Assembly: GCF_963921235.1 (NCBI RefSeq) | Contig: NC_086097.1 | Coordinates: forward strand, 57,662,001 to 57,726,000 | From: Mobula hypostoma | Taxonomy: Eukaryota | Length of the DNA stretch: 64,000 nt | Direction: 5' to 3' | In this document: positions 13,594 through 25,035 of the stretch, in pieces | How positions within the stretch are numbered: the first letter of the stretch is position 1 | Layout of the letters: each line of letters opens with the position of its first letter | Program-made: the position numbers and the translations under genes | The notes under the pieces: model-generated | The model's input: only the letters and a program-made list of their open reading frames with translations | Told to the model about the DNA's origin: nothing | Database searches by the model: none

Positions 13594-14475
13594 GTGGGCA
13601 CGTGGCCAAGTGGTTAAGGCATTCAACTAGCGATCTGAAGCTCGTGAGTTCAAGCCCCAGCCGAGGCAGCGTGTTGTACCCTTGAGCAAGGCACTTGTTA
13701 GAGTGGATTTCTTTTGGGTAGATGAATTGTTTACACTTAAATGACTTTGGCTACCAGACTTCTATTTTAACGGTTTGACAAGGGACTATGGATTGAGTCC
13801 ACCACAATGGGCTTCCTAAAAGGTGTGAATACCAGATGCTTCTGGTAGTTTGGCCTGATGTTGTAGTTTCAAAGGCAGTATCACCTATACATTATAAATA
13901 TTAATTGTCTTCTATGTTAGGACGGGATATGCCAAATAAATGTATCGTAGACTTAACCTACATTCCTAAAGGCTGTGGATACCAACCGAGACATGTTGGC
14001 GCCGGGAGGAAAGGATGGTATGATATTTTGTATGTAGCTTCAATAGGAAGCATTGTCTATGCATTGTCTATAACTTTAAAGTAGCGATTGCCTTTGTGTT
14101 TAGCATATAAATATCGAGCCCACATTGAGCTAACAGACCTTTCTGCGGAAAGCATCTCGGTATGTAGATACCTGCTGTACCTTGTTGTGTCAAATAAAGA
14201 AGCTGCTTTGTATCTACCTGTGACTGTCTCTCCGGTAATTTCATCCACGCTACAAAAGCACTTAACCACACATTGCTCTGCGACAACACTGGTGCCAACT
14301 TGTATGAGTCCTAATGCCCTTCCCTTGGACAACATTGGTGTCGTAGAGAGGGGAGACTTGCAGCATGGGCAACTGCCGGTCTTCCATACAACCTTTCCCA
14401 GGCCTGCACCCTGGCGAGTGAAGACTTTCCAGGCTCAGATCCATGGTTTCACAAGACTAACGGATGCCTTAAAAA
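13594..14475 (+). mobile_element. tRNA-headed SINE split by an LTR-like insertion
   Basis: A-box TGGCCAAGTGG and B-box GAGTTCAAGCC in 13602-13656. The body breaks at GCACT (13691-13695), resumes at GCACT (14258-14262) and ends GACTAACGGATGCCTTAAAAAA. Confidence 0.8.
13696..14254 (+). mobile_element. Solo LTR-like element (559 bp)
   Basis: TG...CA ends with imperfect terminal inverted repeats (TGTTAGAGTGGAT / ATCCACGCTACA), TATAAA near 14106 and AATAAA near 14193. Confidence 0.7.
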
Positions 14476-14755
14476 AGATAATAATTAGAAACTGAAGGGG
14501 ATAATTGTAGGGTGGGAAGAGATTCATGTGGAGTATGAATCTAGTAAAGACCATCTGGGCCATATTTCTGTGCTCTGAATTCTATTTCAGTGGAGTTTCA
14601 CTCATGAGGATGTTTAGCAAGCATGTTATTTCTGCGCATTATGTATTCCCCATTAACAAATACTTAGGCAATTTTGGTTATCAATCAATTGAAATATATT
14701 GATGCAAATGTTTTATTTTCTACAGAGGTGCTGCTGCCAGGAGATGATAATACTC

Positions 14756-15714
14756 GCAACACACATCAAAGTTGCTGGTGAACGCAGCAGGCCAGGCAGC
14801 ATTTCTAGGAGGAGGTACAGTCGACATTTCAGGCCGAGACCCTTCGTCAGGACTAACTGAAGGGACAGCTAGTAAGAGATTTGAAAGTGGGAGGGGAAGG
14901 GGGAGATCCAAAATGATAGGAGAAGACAGGAGGGGGAGGGATGGAGCCAAGAGCTGGACAGGTGATTGGCAAAGGGGATATGAGAGGATCATGGGACAGG
15001 AGGTCTGGGGAGAAAGACGTTGGGGGGGGAACCAGAGGATGGGCAAGGGGTATAGTCAGAGGGACAGAGAAAGACAAAGGAGAGTGAGAGAAAGAATGTG
15101 TGTATAAAAATAAATAACGGATGGGGTACGAGGGGGAGGTGGGGCATTAGCGGAAGTTAGAGAAGTCGATGTTCATGCCATCAGGTTGGAGCCACACTCA
15201 GGTTGGAGGAACAACACCTTATATTCCGTCTGGGTAGCCTCCAACCTGATGGCATGAACATGGACTTCTCTAACTTCCACTAATGCCCCACCTCCCCCTC
15301 GTACCCCATTTGTTATTTATTTTTATACACACATTCTTTCTCTCACTCCCCTTTTTCTCCCTCTGTCCCTCTGAATATACCCCTTGCCCATCCTCTGGTT
15401 TCCCCCCACCCCCCTTGTCTTTCTCCCCTGACGTCCTGTCCCATGATCCTGTCATATCCCCTTTGCCAATCACCTGTCCAGCTCTTGGCTCCATCCCTCC
15501 CCCTCCTGTCTTCTCCTATCATTTTGGATCTCCCCCTCCCTCTCCCACTTTAAAATCTCTTACTAGCTCTTCTTTCAGTTAGTCCTGACGAAGGGTCTCG
15601 GCCTGAAACGTCGACTGTACCTCCTCCTAGAGATGCTGCCTGGCCTGCTGCGTTCACCAGCAACCTTGATGTGTGTGGCTTGAATTTCCAGCATCTGCAG
15701 AATTCCTGTTGTTT
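14756..15714. mobile_element. Penelope-like element 3' end in inverted (foldback) arrangement
   Basis: GIY-YIG C-terminus ATLRLEEQHLIFRLGSLQPDGMNMDFSNF from 15191. 14756-15190 is the reverse complement of 15240-15679. Perfect 15-bp TSD GAGATGATAATACTC (14741-14755 / 15715-15729). Confidence 0.9.
15580..15617 (+). ncRNA. Minimal type-I hammerhead ribozyme motif (Penelope-associated)
   Basis: TAGTC-CTGACGA-AGGGTCTCGGCCT-GAAA-CGTC-GACTG: conserved CUGANGA and GAAA core, stem I UAGUC/GACUG, short stem II, palindromic ACGU stem III, GUC cleavage triplet. Confidence 0.75.
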
Positions 15715-15779
15715 GAGATGATAATACTCATTTTTTTTGTCCTACAAGAATCTGTGATTTACATAAAATATTTACAGCT

Positions 15780-16240
15780 AATCTGAAATTTATAGCCTTC
15801 TTTAGGGTTTTGATGGGTAGATTGAGAGTAGCTGCTTCCTTCTGGCCAAAGTCTAGAGAATAGGGTCAAAGATTTCGGTAAAGGGATTCTGAGGGATAGT
15901 ACCGCACACCCTGGAAGTTTGAAAGAGAACAGAAAGTGCTGGAAACACCCAGAAATTTCAGAGAAAATATTTCAGGGCAATGTCTTCAGAACTGGGATAA
16001 GGAGTCTGCTGTTTAGGACAAATATATTGAGATTTTTTTCACTTAGAGGTGAAGAAATTCCTATCACAGAAATCCTAGTCTTCAGAAGCTGAGAATGTTC
16101 AGTACTGAGATGGTTAGATTAGTACTTAGAAGATTCAGGAATATGGACTGGAAACGTAAAGTTGATGAGTATAGTCAACCATGACTTTATTGAAATGAGT
16201 AAAAGGTGAATAGCCTAATCCTACTCCTATCTCTGTTGTT
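15780..16240 (+). mobile_element. Decayed CR1 3' end
   Basis: GFDG..ESSCF and FRT...FFT*R-like remnants followed by a CR1 3' UTR. Confidence 0.55.
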
Positions 16241-16439
16241 TATAAGAATTAGTCATATCCTGTATATGGCAGATGCAAGTGCAGGACAGAGACTGACAAT
16301 CATAGAAACCATAGAAGAACTACAGCACAGAAATAGGCAACAATCCTGCAATATGACTCACTTTCTGACACTTCAAAGCCCCTCTCACTATCTTGAGAAT
16401 GCAAGTCAGGAGTGTAATGTAGTACTCATCACTTGCCCG

Positions 16440-17045
16440 AAGTACGTACATCTATTCTCGCGTCATTCTGTGGATACGCACTAGAGAACATCCTAACAGG
16501 CTGCGTCACTGCATGGTAAAGAAACTGCACTGTGGTGGACAAGAAAGCTTTATAATGGGTAGTCAGAGCTGCTCAATGCATCACAGGCACAAGCCTACCT
16601 ACCATCAAGGACATATATACACAAACTGCTGGAGAAGGACCAGTAACATCATAAAGGATCACACCCACCCTGCTCAAGGACTGTTTGTCCCACTCCCATC
16701 AGGGAGAAGGCTACAGAGCATCCACTCCAGGGCCACCAGCCTCAAAAACAATTACTTTCCCCAAGCAGTAAGGGTGATCAACACCTCCACCCAGTAACCC
16801 ACCCTTCCACACCCCCAACCATCACTGCTTTATCATTTCCTGTCAGAGTCACCTTATATACAGACACTCCTGTGCCTAGCGTCACCTTTTAGACATACAA
16901 TCAATATATGTATATAAGATATCTTACATATTTATATGTATTGTGCTTATTTTGTGCTGCATCAGATCTGGGGTAACAATTATTTCATTCTCCTTTACAC
17001 TTGTGTACTGGAAATGGCATTAAACAGTCTTGAATCTTCAATCTT
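16440..17045 (+). mobile_element. L2/Rex-clade LINE 3' end
   Basis: NIIKDHTHPAQGLFVPLPSGRRLQSIHSRATSLKNNYFPQAVRVIN (ORF 16513-16797); tail (TCTTGAA)n at about 17028-17048. Confidence 0.85.
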
Positions 17046-17619
17046 GAACCTTGCCTTGATTTCACTTAATTTAGAGCTGGCAACAATTAATAATCTTAAC
17101 GCCATTCAGGACAATGTAGTCCAATTTATTTGCTCCTAACACATCCTAATAAGCACACTTTCCCTCTGTCACCTCTATGCAGTGCGTACCATGCATTTGC
17201 CGGCCCAGTCCATCTGGGGCAAGCGCCACAAGAATTGCACTGACTCATGAAAGCAGCTGACCACTAGCTTCTCAGAGGCAATTAGGAGCGGTAATAAATT
17301 CTAACCTTCTCAGCCTGGTCTGCCTCCTGAAACTGAATAAAAAATAACTATTTTTGTACCAAAGCCACTTCCAATTTCTGTTTTGGTGATTGTTTTACAG
17401 AGTATCCAAACAAAGCAATTTAATTAGTATTAGTTTTGTACAAATAAATTATGTATTTTGTTACCACTGAATCTATATAATAACCTTGAAGCGGCCGTAT
17501 CAGGGAAGCTGCATCCTAAAAACCCCAGCAAGGTGTCCACAATCTCAAAATACCTCTGATACATTTAATTTTTTTCCTTTTGTTTGTTCTCAGCATCTCT
17601 GACACAGCCAGTAGTTTAT

Positions 17620-18220
17620 GACAACTGCCAGTTATCATTGATAACATGGTGGGTGAGCCACATTCATAAACTGCTGAAAGTGAACTGCTGTGGTGAAGAT
17701 ACTCCCACAATGCTGTTGGGTAGGGAGTGTTAGGATTTTGACCCAGCAATAGTGAATCAATGATGTTTTCCAAGCTAAGATGATGTGCGACTACCAGGAT
17801 ATTTTAGATAGTGGCATTACCATGCACCAGGAGCCCTTCTTCCCAGTGGTCAAGGTCATAAGCGTAGGAAAAATAGACAAGGTGACAGATGTTGGGTGGT
17901 TGCTACAGTGCTATACGTTCTATACATGATATACATTCAAGTAATGCTGTGGCACTGGTGGGTTGAGTGAATGTTGATGGATGCCAGTCAAACAGTTAGT
18001 TTTCCTGGATGGTGACAAGCTTCCCGAGGCTGCACGCATCCTCCAGTCACACAGAGAATATTCCTGCACTTGCAGCTTGGAAGTGATACTTGGGCAGTCA
18101 AAGCATTTTCATAAGAATGACCATATTGAGGTAACTTTTCTGACAGTGTCAGCACTGTTGCAAATCAAAGAGAGCTGGTCAAATACACTGAGACTTCCAT
18201 GACACAAATGTTACTTGCCA
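17620..18220 (-). mobile_element. Old CR1-group LINE endonuclease-region remnant
   Basis: Similar to the decayed element at 23350-24380; no intact frame. Confidence 0.45.
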
Positions 18221-19225
18221 CTTAGTGTATGCAACAACTTCCAACAGCAATTGCAACAACACTGCACATGGCCCTATTTTGACCAAATTTCTAGTCCAAC
18301 AGATATAAATTGTGTAAATAAATATTATGTTTTTAACTTTACATTCATCTTTTAAAACAAAATTAAAGCATTTTCCACAATCTGCACTCTTAAGTATTCT
18401 TTATTATCCTGCTGCACTTTTGGCTTGGCCGTCGTTCAGCATCACATTCTAAGATATTGCTCAAGTTTTGATCATTATTGTGTCAGCCACTGTTAATACT
18501 GGGCCGACTCAGAAAAACAAATCTGCAACATTTTGAAACTTTCCACTGATATTGATAAAATAGGAGTTTCACAATGAATGCTACCAATCTTTAGTTGAAA
18601 TAAGTTTGGAATTCTTTGAAGATCAGCTTACACATTTGGTTGTGGTTACCTGCACTGTATTTTCACTTAATTTAAATCAGGCAAAAAAATAAGGAAAACT
18701 CTTTAATCTTAGAGCATAATCATTGGTATGGATCAGTTGGACTGAATGATTTCTGTACTATAAATTCTTCATAAGTTATTTTGATTAAAAAGCACCCTGT
18801 ACTGCCTATTCTGGGAAACCAGATTCTATCGTAACTTCCTTTAACCCCTCCCAGCCTATAAAAAGACGTCTCTTTGGTTTGGAGTTGCAGTAAATGGTGT
18901 AATTATTTTTTTTAATTTAAAGGAATTCGTACAACATGTTGCACCTACCTATCTAGCCTTCAATGTTTCTGGCTACCTATCCAATTAAATAGCAACCTCT
19001 ACATTGGTTGTCCTGGCAAAAAGATTTTAACTTTGCAGAGTGCATACATATTTACCCCAGTTCATCATGTTTTTAACTGTAATCAGCCTTGTCTTGAAGT
19101 TAAAGGTCTTATCTGAATAAATAATCTTATCACTTTGCTTCTGGACAGCGAGTAAGGTTATGTGAGGTGACATCGAAGCTTCGAGACTCATTAAATGACA
19201 ATATCCAGTGAGCTACCGTGGCCTA

Positions 19226-19870
19226 ATGCGATGCTGCGTATGACTGCTACGAAGATGTCGGCCTTGGCTAAAGGGAAGCTGCTGAGCCAGGATTATGAGA
19301 ATAATCTCCACTATGGGGACTTGAGCCCTCGATAGAGACAATTTCTCTGGTGCAGTAGTCAGGGGCTGTGTGTGAATATCAGTTCCATCTCCATATGGAC
19401 GCTGTGCAGCAGATAAGCAGGCCTGCTCTGTTATACAACATCCACATTGTGATGGAACAGATATTCTTTATCCTTTAACAATACAAACTAAAGGAAGTAG
19501 GAACAGGGTGCATAGGGGACCTTTCATGAACTCAGGATGTTCCAATGCATTCCCACCTGCAAGCTACTCGTGTGCTGTGCCGTCTGCTCTTATGGAGGAG
19601 AACATGGTGTCAAGTTTGCTCACAAGCCACCACAACCTGAAATATGAAAATAAGCTCTTTTACAGATGCTTTCAAGGAATAAAGGTTGGCCAGAGCAATG
19701 TGGTTACTCCACACTCTTCGAAAGACACCGTACCATAACTTACATCCAACCCCTGACTACTGCCTCTATCAAAGGCTTAAGCCCATGTAGCGCAGATTGT
19801 TCTCATAACCTTAACGACTCCCATTTAGCCAAGACAGACATCTGTGTAGCAGTCGTACACAGAATCACAT
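19226..19870. repeat. Diverged long inverted repeat (arms 19226-19374 and 19740-19870)
   Basis: Left ...GTATGACTGCTACGAAGATGTCGGCCTTGGCTAAAGGG...TTATGAGAATAATCT...GATAGAG...GCAGTAGTCAGGGG aligns with the reverse complement of the right arm, GTACGACTGCTACACAGATGTCTGTCTTGGCTAAATGG...TTATGAGAACAATCT...GATAGAG-GCAGTAGTCAGGGG. Confidence 0.85.
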
Positions 19871-20825
19871 AAATCTCCATCGCTACAGTCTGATCCCATA
19901 GATTTTGCTGCACCCGGGAACTCTAGCATCCCTGAGGTGACCTGGAATGAATAACATCAGCTTCCTTCAGATACAAACAGCAGAGCTGGAAACACAAAGC
20001 ACAGACAGAAAGCGATGGGAATCCTCGGTAGGTTAGGCTGCACCACCGGGAAAAGAAACAAGATGAACATCTCAGGAAAGAACACCGGCTGCCTGATGAA
20101 GCGTTAACTCCATTCTTTTCCACCAGATATGGCCTGACCTGCTGAGTATCTGCAGACTTTTTCAGTTTTGAGTGACATCTGTGATGGTTGGGATCCCAAA
20201 AGGATGACAAAGTTGTGACTATTTCAGCTTTACCTTTGGCAATTACATGCTGCAGCCTGCCATTGATGGGAGTGTAACTTGGAACATTAACTGTTAGAAT
20301 AAAGGGCAAGGCTACCATGCTTAGCCAATCTTGGTTTTGAGGTCCTGGTCATAAAGAAGAAGGAGATGCTTAGCAGGTACAGGCAGCAAGGAACAAATGA
20401 GGTGCTTGAGGAGTACAAGAACTGCAAGAGAACACTTTGGAGAAAAATCAGGAGAGCTAAAAGAAAGCATGAGGGTATTGTGGCAGACAAGGTGAAAGAG
20501 AATGACAAGTTTTTCTACAGATATTTAAGAGCAAAAGGATGGCAAGGAACTAAATTGGTCCAGTTGAAAATCAGCATGCTGAAAGAGATGGGGGAGTTCT
20601 TATATGGATCTTTTTATCTGTATTTATTTGGGAGACTCACACAGAGTCTATGGAACTGAGGCAAAAGAGTAGTGAGTATAGACCATATCCAGTTTACAGA
20701 AGAGGAGGAGCTTGCTGCTTTGAGGCAAATCAGTGAGAATAAATCCTCAGGTATCCCCTCAGACCCCCTGAGAGGCTAGAGCAGAAATTGAAGGGCCTTA
20801 TTAGAGGGATTTAAAATGCCTAAAG

Positions 20826-21416
20826 TCAGTGAGTGATGTGAGGATGTGAGGGCCTCCGTCTGTCAGAATTGACCATGGATACAGCGTGCTTGCTGTCTAG
20901 ATATCCAAGCCTGGGCAGAGCGAGCAGTTGCCCATGTAGCAAGTTCCCCCTTTCCACGCATCTGATGAACCCAAAGAAACGAAAGAGACCGATACAGTTT
21001 GGTACCAGCAGTGTCACAGGAGTTGCCAGTCAGCATTGAACTCATTGTAGGACTGCCCTAGGGACTCTCGCTCCAGATTTCTCCCCTCGGGGTTTACTCC
21101 TGAATCCTTCTCCATGAATGGGTATAGCCGCAAGGCAGTGGAGGTTGGAGATCAGAGCTTTCCTTCTCCGAGATGAGTTGCTAACGAGCCGCATCTGCCT
21201 GAAGTGATTGGTTTTAAGGCACCAGTAACCTGCCTTTGCCCCTTCTCCTGTCAGTGGAAACAGCTCTGCCAGGCTCAGTAGCTAAGCCACATGTGAAGGC
21301 CAGGAGCTGGGCTTCATTGTCAGAGACTACTTGAGGTGCATGACATGGGGAGCATTCAATTGGTAGTGGGAGCTTGTTCCCATTACCACCCCTGGCTGTA
21401 ACAACCTTAAGGAACC
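20826..21416 (-). mobile_element. Non-autonomous retroposon, probably RTE-dependent
   Basis: Flanked by near-TSD AAAATGCCTAAAG (20813-20825) / AAAATGTCTGAAG (21417-21429). Its 3' ~190 nt aligns with the 3' part of the SINE at 14277-14470. Confidence 0.7.
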
Positions 21417-22026
21417 AAAATGTCTGAAGAGTAAGCTGGGAAATGATAGGCCCGTGAGCCTGATGTCAGTAGTGGGTAAATTATTAGAATGTGTTCTAAG
21501 GGTCAGGATATTTAACTATTTGGATAGACAGGGCCTGGTTATGGATTGTCAACAAACATCGTATTATGTGGGCAGGTCATATCCAACTAATTTTGTGGAG
21601 TTTTTCCAAGGAGGTTACTAGGACTGTTGATGAGGGAAAGGAAGCGGATGTTGTCTCCATGAACTTTAGCAAGGCCTTTCGCAAAGTCCTCTATGAGAAG
21701 CTGGTCCAGAAGTTCAGTTACTTAGCATTCATGAGGAAGTAGTAAATTGGATTCAACACTGGCTTACTGGGAGAAGCCAACAAATGGTAGTAGTTTGCCT
21801 CTCTGATTGGTGGCTCGTGATTAGTGGCGTGCTGCAGGAATCAGTGCTGGGTTAGTTGTCGATTGTCATCAATATAATAATTTGGATAATAATGTGGTAA
21901 ACTGCATCAGCAAATTTGCAGATGACACCAAGATTGGAGGAGTAGTGGACAGCAAGGAAGACAATCAAGGCTTGCAGCTGGACCAGCTGGAAAAATGGGC
22001 TGAAAAATAGAAGATGGAATTTAATG

Positions 22027-22541
22027 TGATGCCTCCTCTACTGTAAAGATGAAGCCACACTCAGGTTGGAGGAACAACACCTTATATTCCGTCTGGGTAG
22101 CCTCCAACCTGGTAGCATGAACATTGACTTCTCTAACTTCTGTTAATGCCCCTCCTCCCCCTCGTACCCCATCCGCTATTTATTTATATACACACATTCT
22201 TTTTCTCTCTCTCCTTTTTCTTCCTTTGTTCCTCTCACTATACCCCTTGCCCATCCTCTGGGCTTTTTCCCCCCTCCCCCTTTTCTTTCTCCCTAGGCCT
22301 CCTGTTCCATGATCCTGTCATATCTCTTTTGCCAATCAACTGTCCAGACTTGGCTCCATCCCTCCCCCTCCTGTCTTCTCCTATCATTTTGGATCTCCCC
22401 TCCCCCTCCCACTTTTTAATCTCTTACTAGCTCTTCCTTCAGTTAGTCCTGACGAAGTGTCTCGGCCCGAAATGTCGACTGTTCCTCTTCCTAGAGATGC
22501 TGCCTGGCCTGCTGCGCTCACCAGCAACTTTTATGTGTGTT
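22027..22541 (+). mobile_element. Penelope-like element 3' end with hammerhead motif at 22444-22481
   Basis: CKDEATLRLEEQHLIFRLGSLQPGSMNIDFSNF, a pyrimidine-rich UTR, then TAGTCCTGACGAAGTGTCTCGGCCCGAAATGTCGACTG. Confidence 0.9.
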
Positions 22542-23349
22542 ACCAGCGTAAAGTGTTCAGTTTGGGACAACAAACTAGGGCAGGAGTTACACAGTGAACT
22601 GTAGGGAACTGAAAAGTGTGGTAGAACAGAGGGATCTGGGAACACAGATCCATAATTCCAACGTAAGTAGATAGGGTCATAATGACAGCTTTTTGGCATA
22701 TCGTCCTTCATAAATCAACGTATTGAGCACAGGAGTTGGGATGTTGTGTTGAAATTGTATTGGGCATTGGTAAGGTGTAATTTGAAGTATTGTGTCCAGT
22801 TTTGGTCACCTACCTAACAGGAAAGGTGCAAATAAGTTTGAAAGAATACTGAGAAAATCTACAAGGATGTTTCCAGGACTTGAAGACCTGAGTTAAAGGC
22901 AAAGGATGAATAGGTTAGAAATTTATTCCCTGGTGTGTAGGCAAATGAGAGGAGATATAAAACAAATATACAAATTATGAGTGGTATAGATGTGAAAACA
23001 TGCATTTTTCACTAAAGTTTAGTGAAACTAGAACTAGAGATCATAGGTTAAGTGTGAAAGGTCAAATATTTGAGTGGAACATCTTCTCTCAGAGGGTGGT
23101 GTGAATGTGGAATGAGCTGCCAGTGGGAGTTGTGGATGCTGGTATGATTGCAACATTTAAGAGAAGTTTGGATAAGTACATGAAAAGGAGGGGAATGGAG
23201 GGCTATGGTCCAGGTGCAGGACAATGGGACAAGGCAGAATAACACTTTGGCATGGACAAGATGCATCAAAGACTGAAATGTTTTTGTGCTGTAGTGCTTT
23301 ATGACACTATGAGTCAAAACACAAACAGGCTCAATTTCTCACACCATGT

Positions 23350-24380
23350 ACAAGTAGATATGGAAGGTATGTAGAGGTTTGATCTGTTCTGTTGGTTATG
23401 GGATCACTTAGCTCTGAAAATTGCACGTAGATAGTCCTGTATTGCAGCTTCACTAGGCTGGCATCTCATCTTTATCAGGTATGCCTGGTGCTGCTCTTAA
23501 CATGACTTTCTGCATTCACAGTAAGCCAGGACTGATTCCCTGGTCTGGCTGTAATGGTAAATTGAGGGAAGTTCCAGGCTTACAAGTTACAGATTGTGGT
23601 AATGGACATTTCTGCTGCTGCATCAAGGATGCCCTGTTTTGAGCTGCTGGTCTATTCCATTTGGTACCATTGTCGTGCTAGTCAATAGAGGCAGCCCTCA
23701 GTGTGAAGGACAGACTGAAGCTTCTAAGGACTATGCAGATTTCATCAAGGCATAGAAGGCTACAAAAGGAAGAATCTGAAGTCTCCCAGGTCTTGGAGAC
23801 CTCTGGGATTGGTAAGGGTAAGTGCATTAATCAGCATGGATATGGCGTTCTGATGAGCCTTTTTCTATGCCATTCCGTTTTCTTCCTATCAGTGTTACCG
23901 TGAATAAATGCATCCATCACAAATTAGGAAGAGGCCAGGTGGTATATCCCACAAATTGGTGCATGTTCTAGTTCCTGCAAGCCTAGTCTAACAGCCAGGT
24001 CATTTAAGACTTGATCAATTTATCAGTGGTGTTAGCAGACTACTCTTGGTTCTGGACACCTCCCATCCTGTGATGTATCTGACTCAGAAACCAAACATCC
24101 TAAACATTCAAAGCATTCAGGTCTCAGCCTGAAGTATTGACTGTTCATTTCCTGCCATAGATGCTACTTGATCTGCTGAGTTTCTCCAGCAATGTGCATG
24201 TATTGCTCAAGATTTGCAGCATCTGCAGAACCTCCTGTGTGTCTGTTCAGAAGTGCTACTCCTGTCAGTACTCCTTCCAAATATTGTTCAACATGAAGGA
24301 GCACTGATTCATCAGCTGAGGTTGGTCAGTAGGTAGTAATTGTGAGGAGGTTTTCTCATCCCTGTTTGAATCCATCACTG
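23350..24380 (-). mobile_element. Old CR1-group LINE remnant with a Penelope-derived insert (about 24119-24245)
   Basis: Endonuclease-like reversed text. Insert GGTCTCAGCCTGAAG...AGATGCT...CTGCTGAGTTTCTCCAGC. Confidence 0.5.
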
Positions 24381-25035
24381 TCTATTCAGGCTGTTTACAA
24401 GAAGGGGATGAGCAGACTTTGTTTGCAAAGGAAGCTGCAATCCTTCAATGTGCGCAGCGGAACGCTGGAGATCTTTTTCCAGTCTGTTGTAGCGAGTGCA
24501 GTCTTCTTTGCAGCTTTATATAGGGGGAACAGCACTGGTGCTGGTGATGCAAAAAGACTAAATAAACTCATTAAAAAGGCTGGATCCATCCTTGACTACA
24601 ACCCGGACTCTTCTGAGTTAGTGGTGGAGAGGAGGGCACTAAACAAACTGGACAATTCTGGACAATCTGGCACATCCTCTCCGTGACCTACTGAACAAGC
24701 AGAGGAGCCCCCTTTCAAACAGACTCATTCAGCTCCACTGTCACAAGGATCATTACAGAAAATCTTTCCTACCAAATGCAGTAAGCATATACAACAGCTC
24801 ATCTCTGTGTGACAGGAAAACACCCATCATAGTATAATAGTCTGTTTTATTATTTTGTAAATCATTATTTCACATTATTGCACATTGGTAAATTATTATT
24901 GTGTATATTACTATTCTCTACTTTATTATTAGTTAAACCTGCACACTGCTAAGTGTGTTTTTAAATGTTGCTGTTGTAATGAAAGAATTTCGCACTCAGG
25001 ATCAATTAAGTATTTTATTATTGTTATTATTATTC
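24380..25035 (+). mobile_element. Rex1/Babar (L2-group) LINE 3' end
   Basis: AVYKKGMSRL...KLQSFNV..TLEIFFQSVVASAVFFAA...RLNKLIKKAGS (ORF 24342-24686); (TTA)n-like tail at about 25015-25033. Confidence 0.85.

Larger units (their letters stand above)
20320..23310 (+). mobile_element. CR1 LINE (ORF2 remnant) with two nested insertions
   Basis: ORF 20366-20659 (KIRRAKRKHE...FYRY), MNFSKAF at about 21658, ISKFADDTKIGG at about 21906 and 3' UTR to about 23310. Interrupted at 20826-21416 and about 22027-22541. Confidence 0.9.

Noticed and set aside
13594..13665. tRNA gene
   Set aside because: A and B boxes are present but I could not fold a full cloverleaf, and the sequence runs into a SINE body.
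19557..19637. Minus-strand exon candidate (TTTCAG|...CAG|GTGGGA) between the inverted arms
   Set aside because: Stops in all three frames; a non-coding or poison exon cannot be supported without RNA data.
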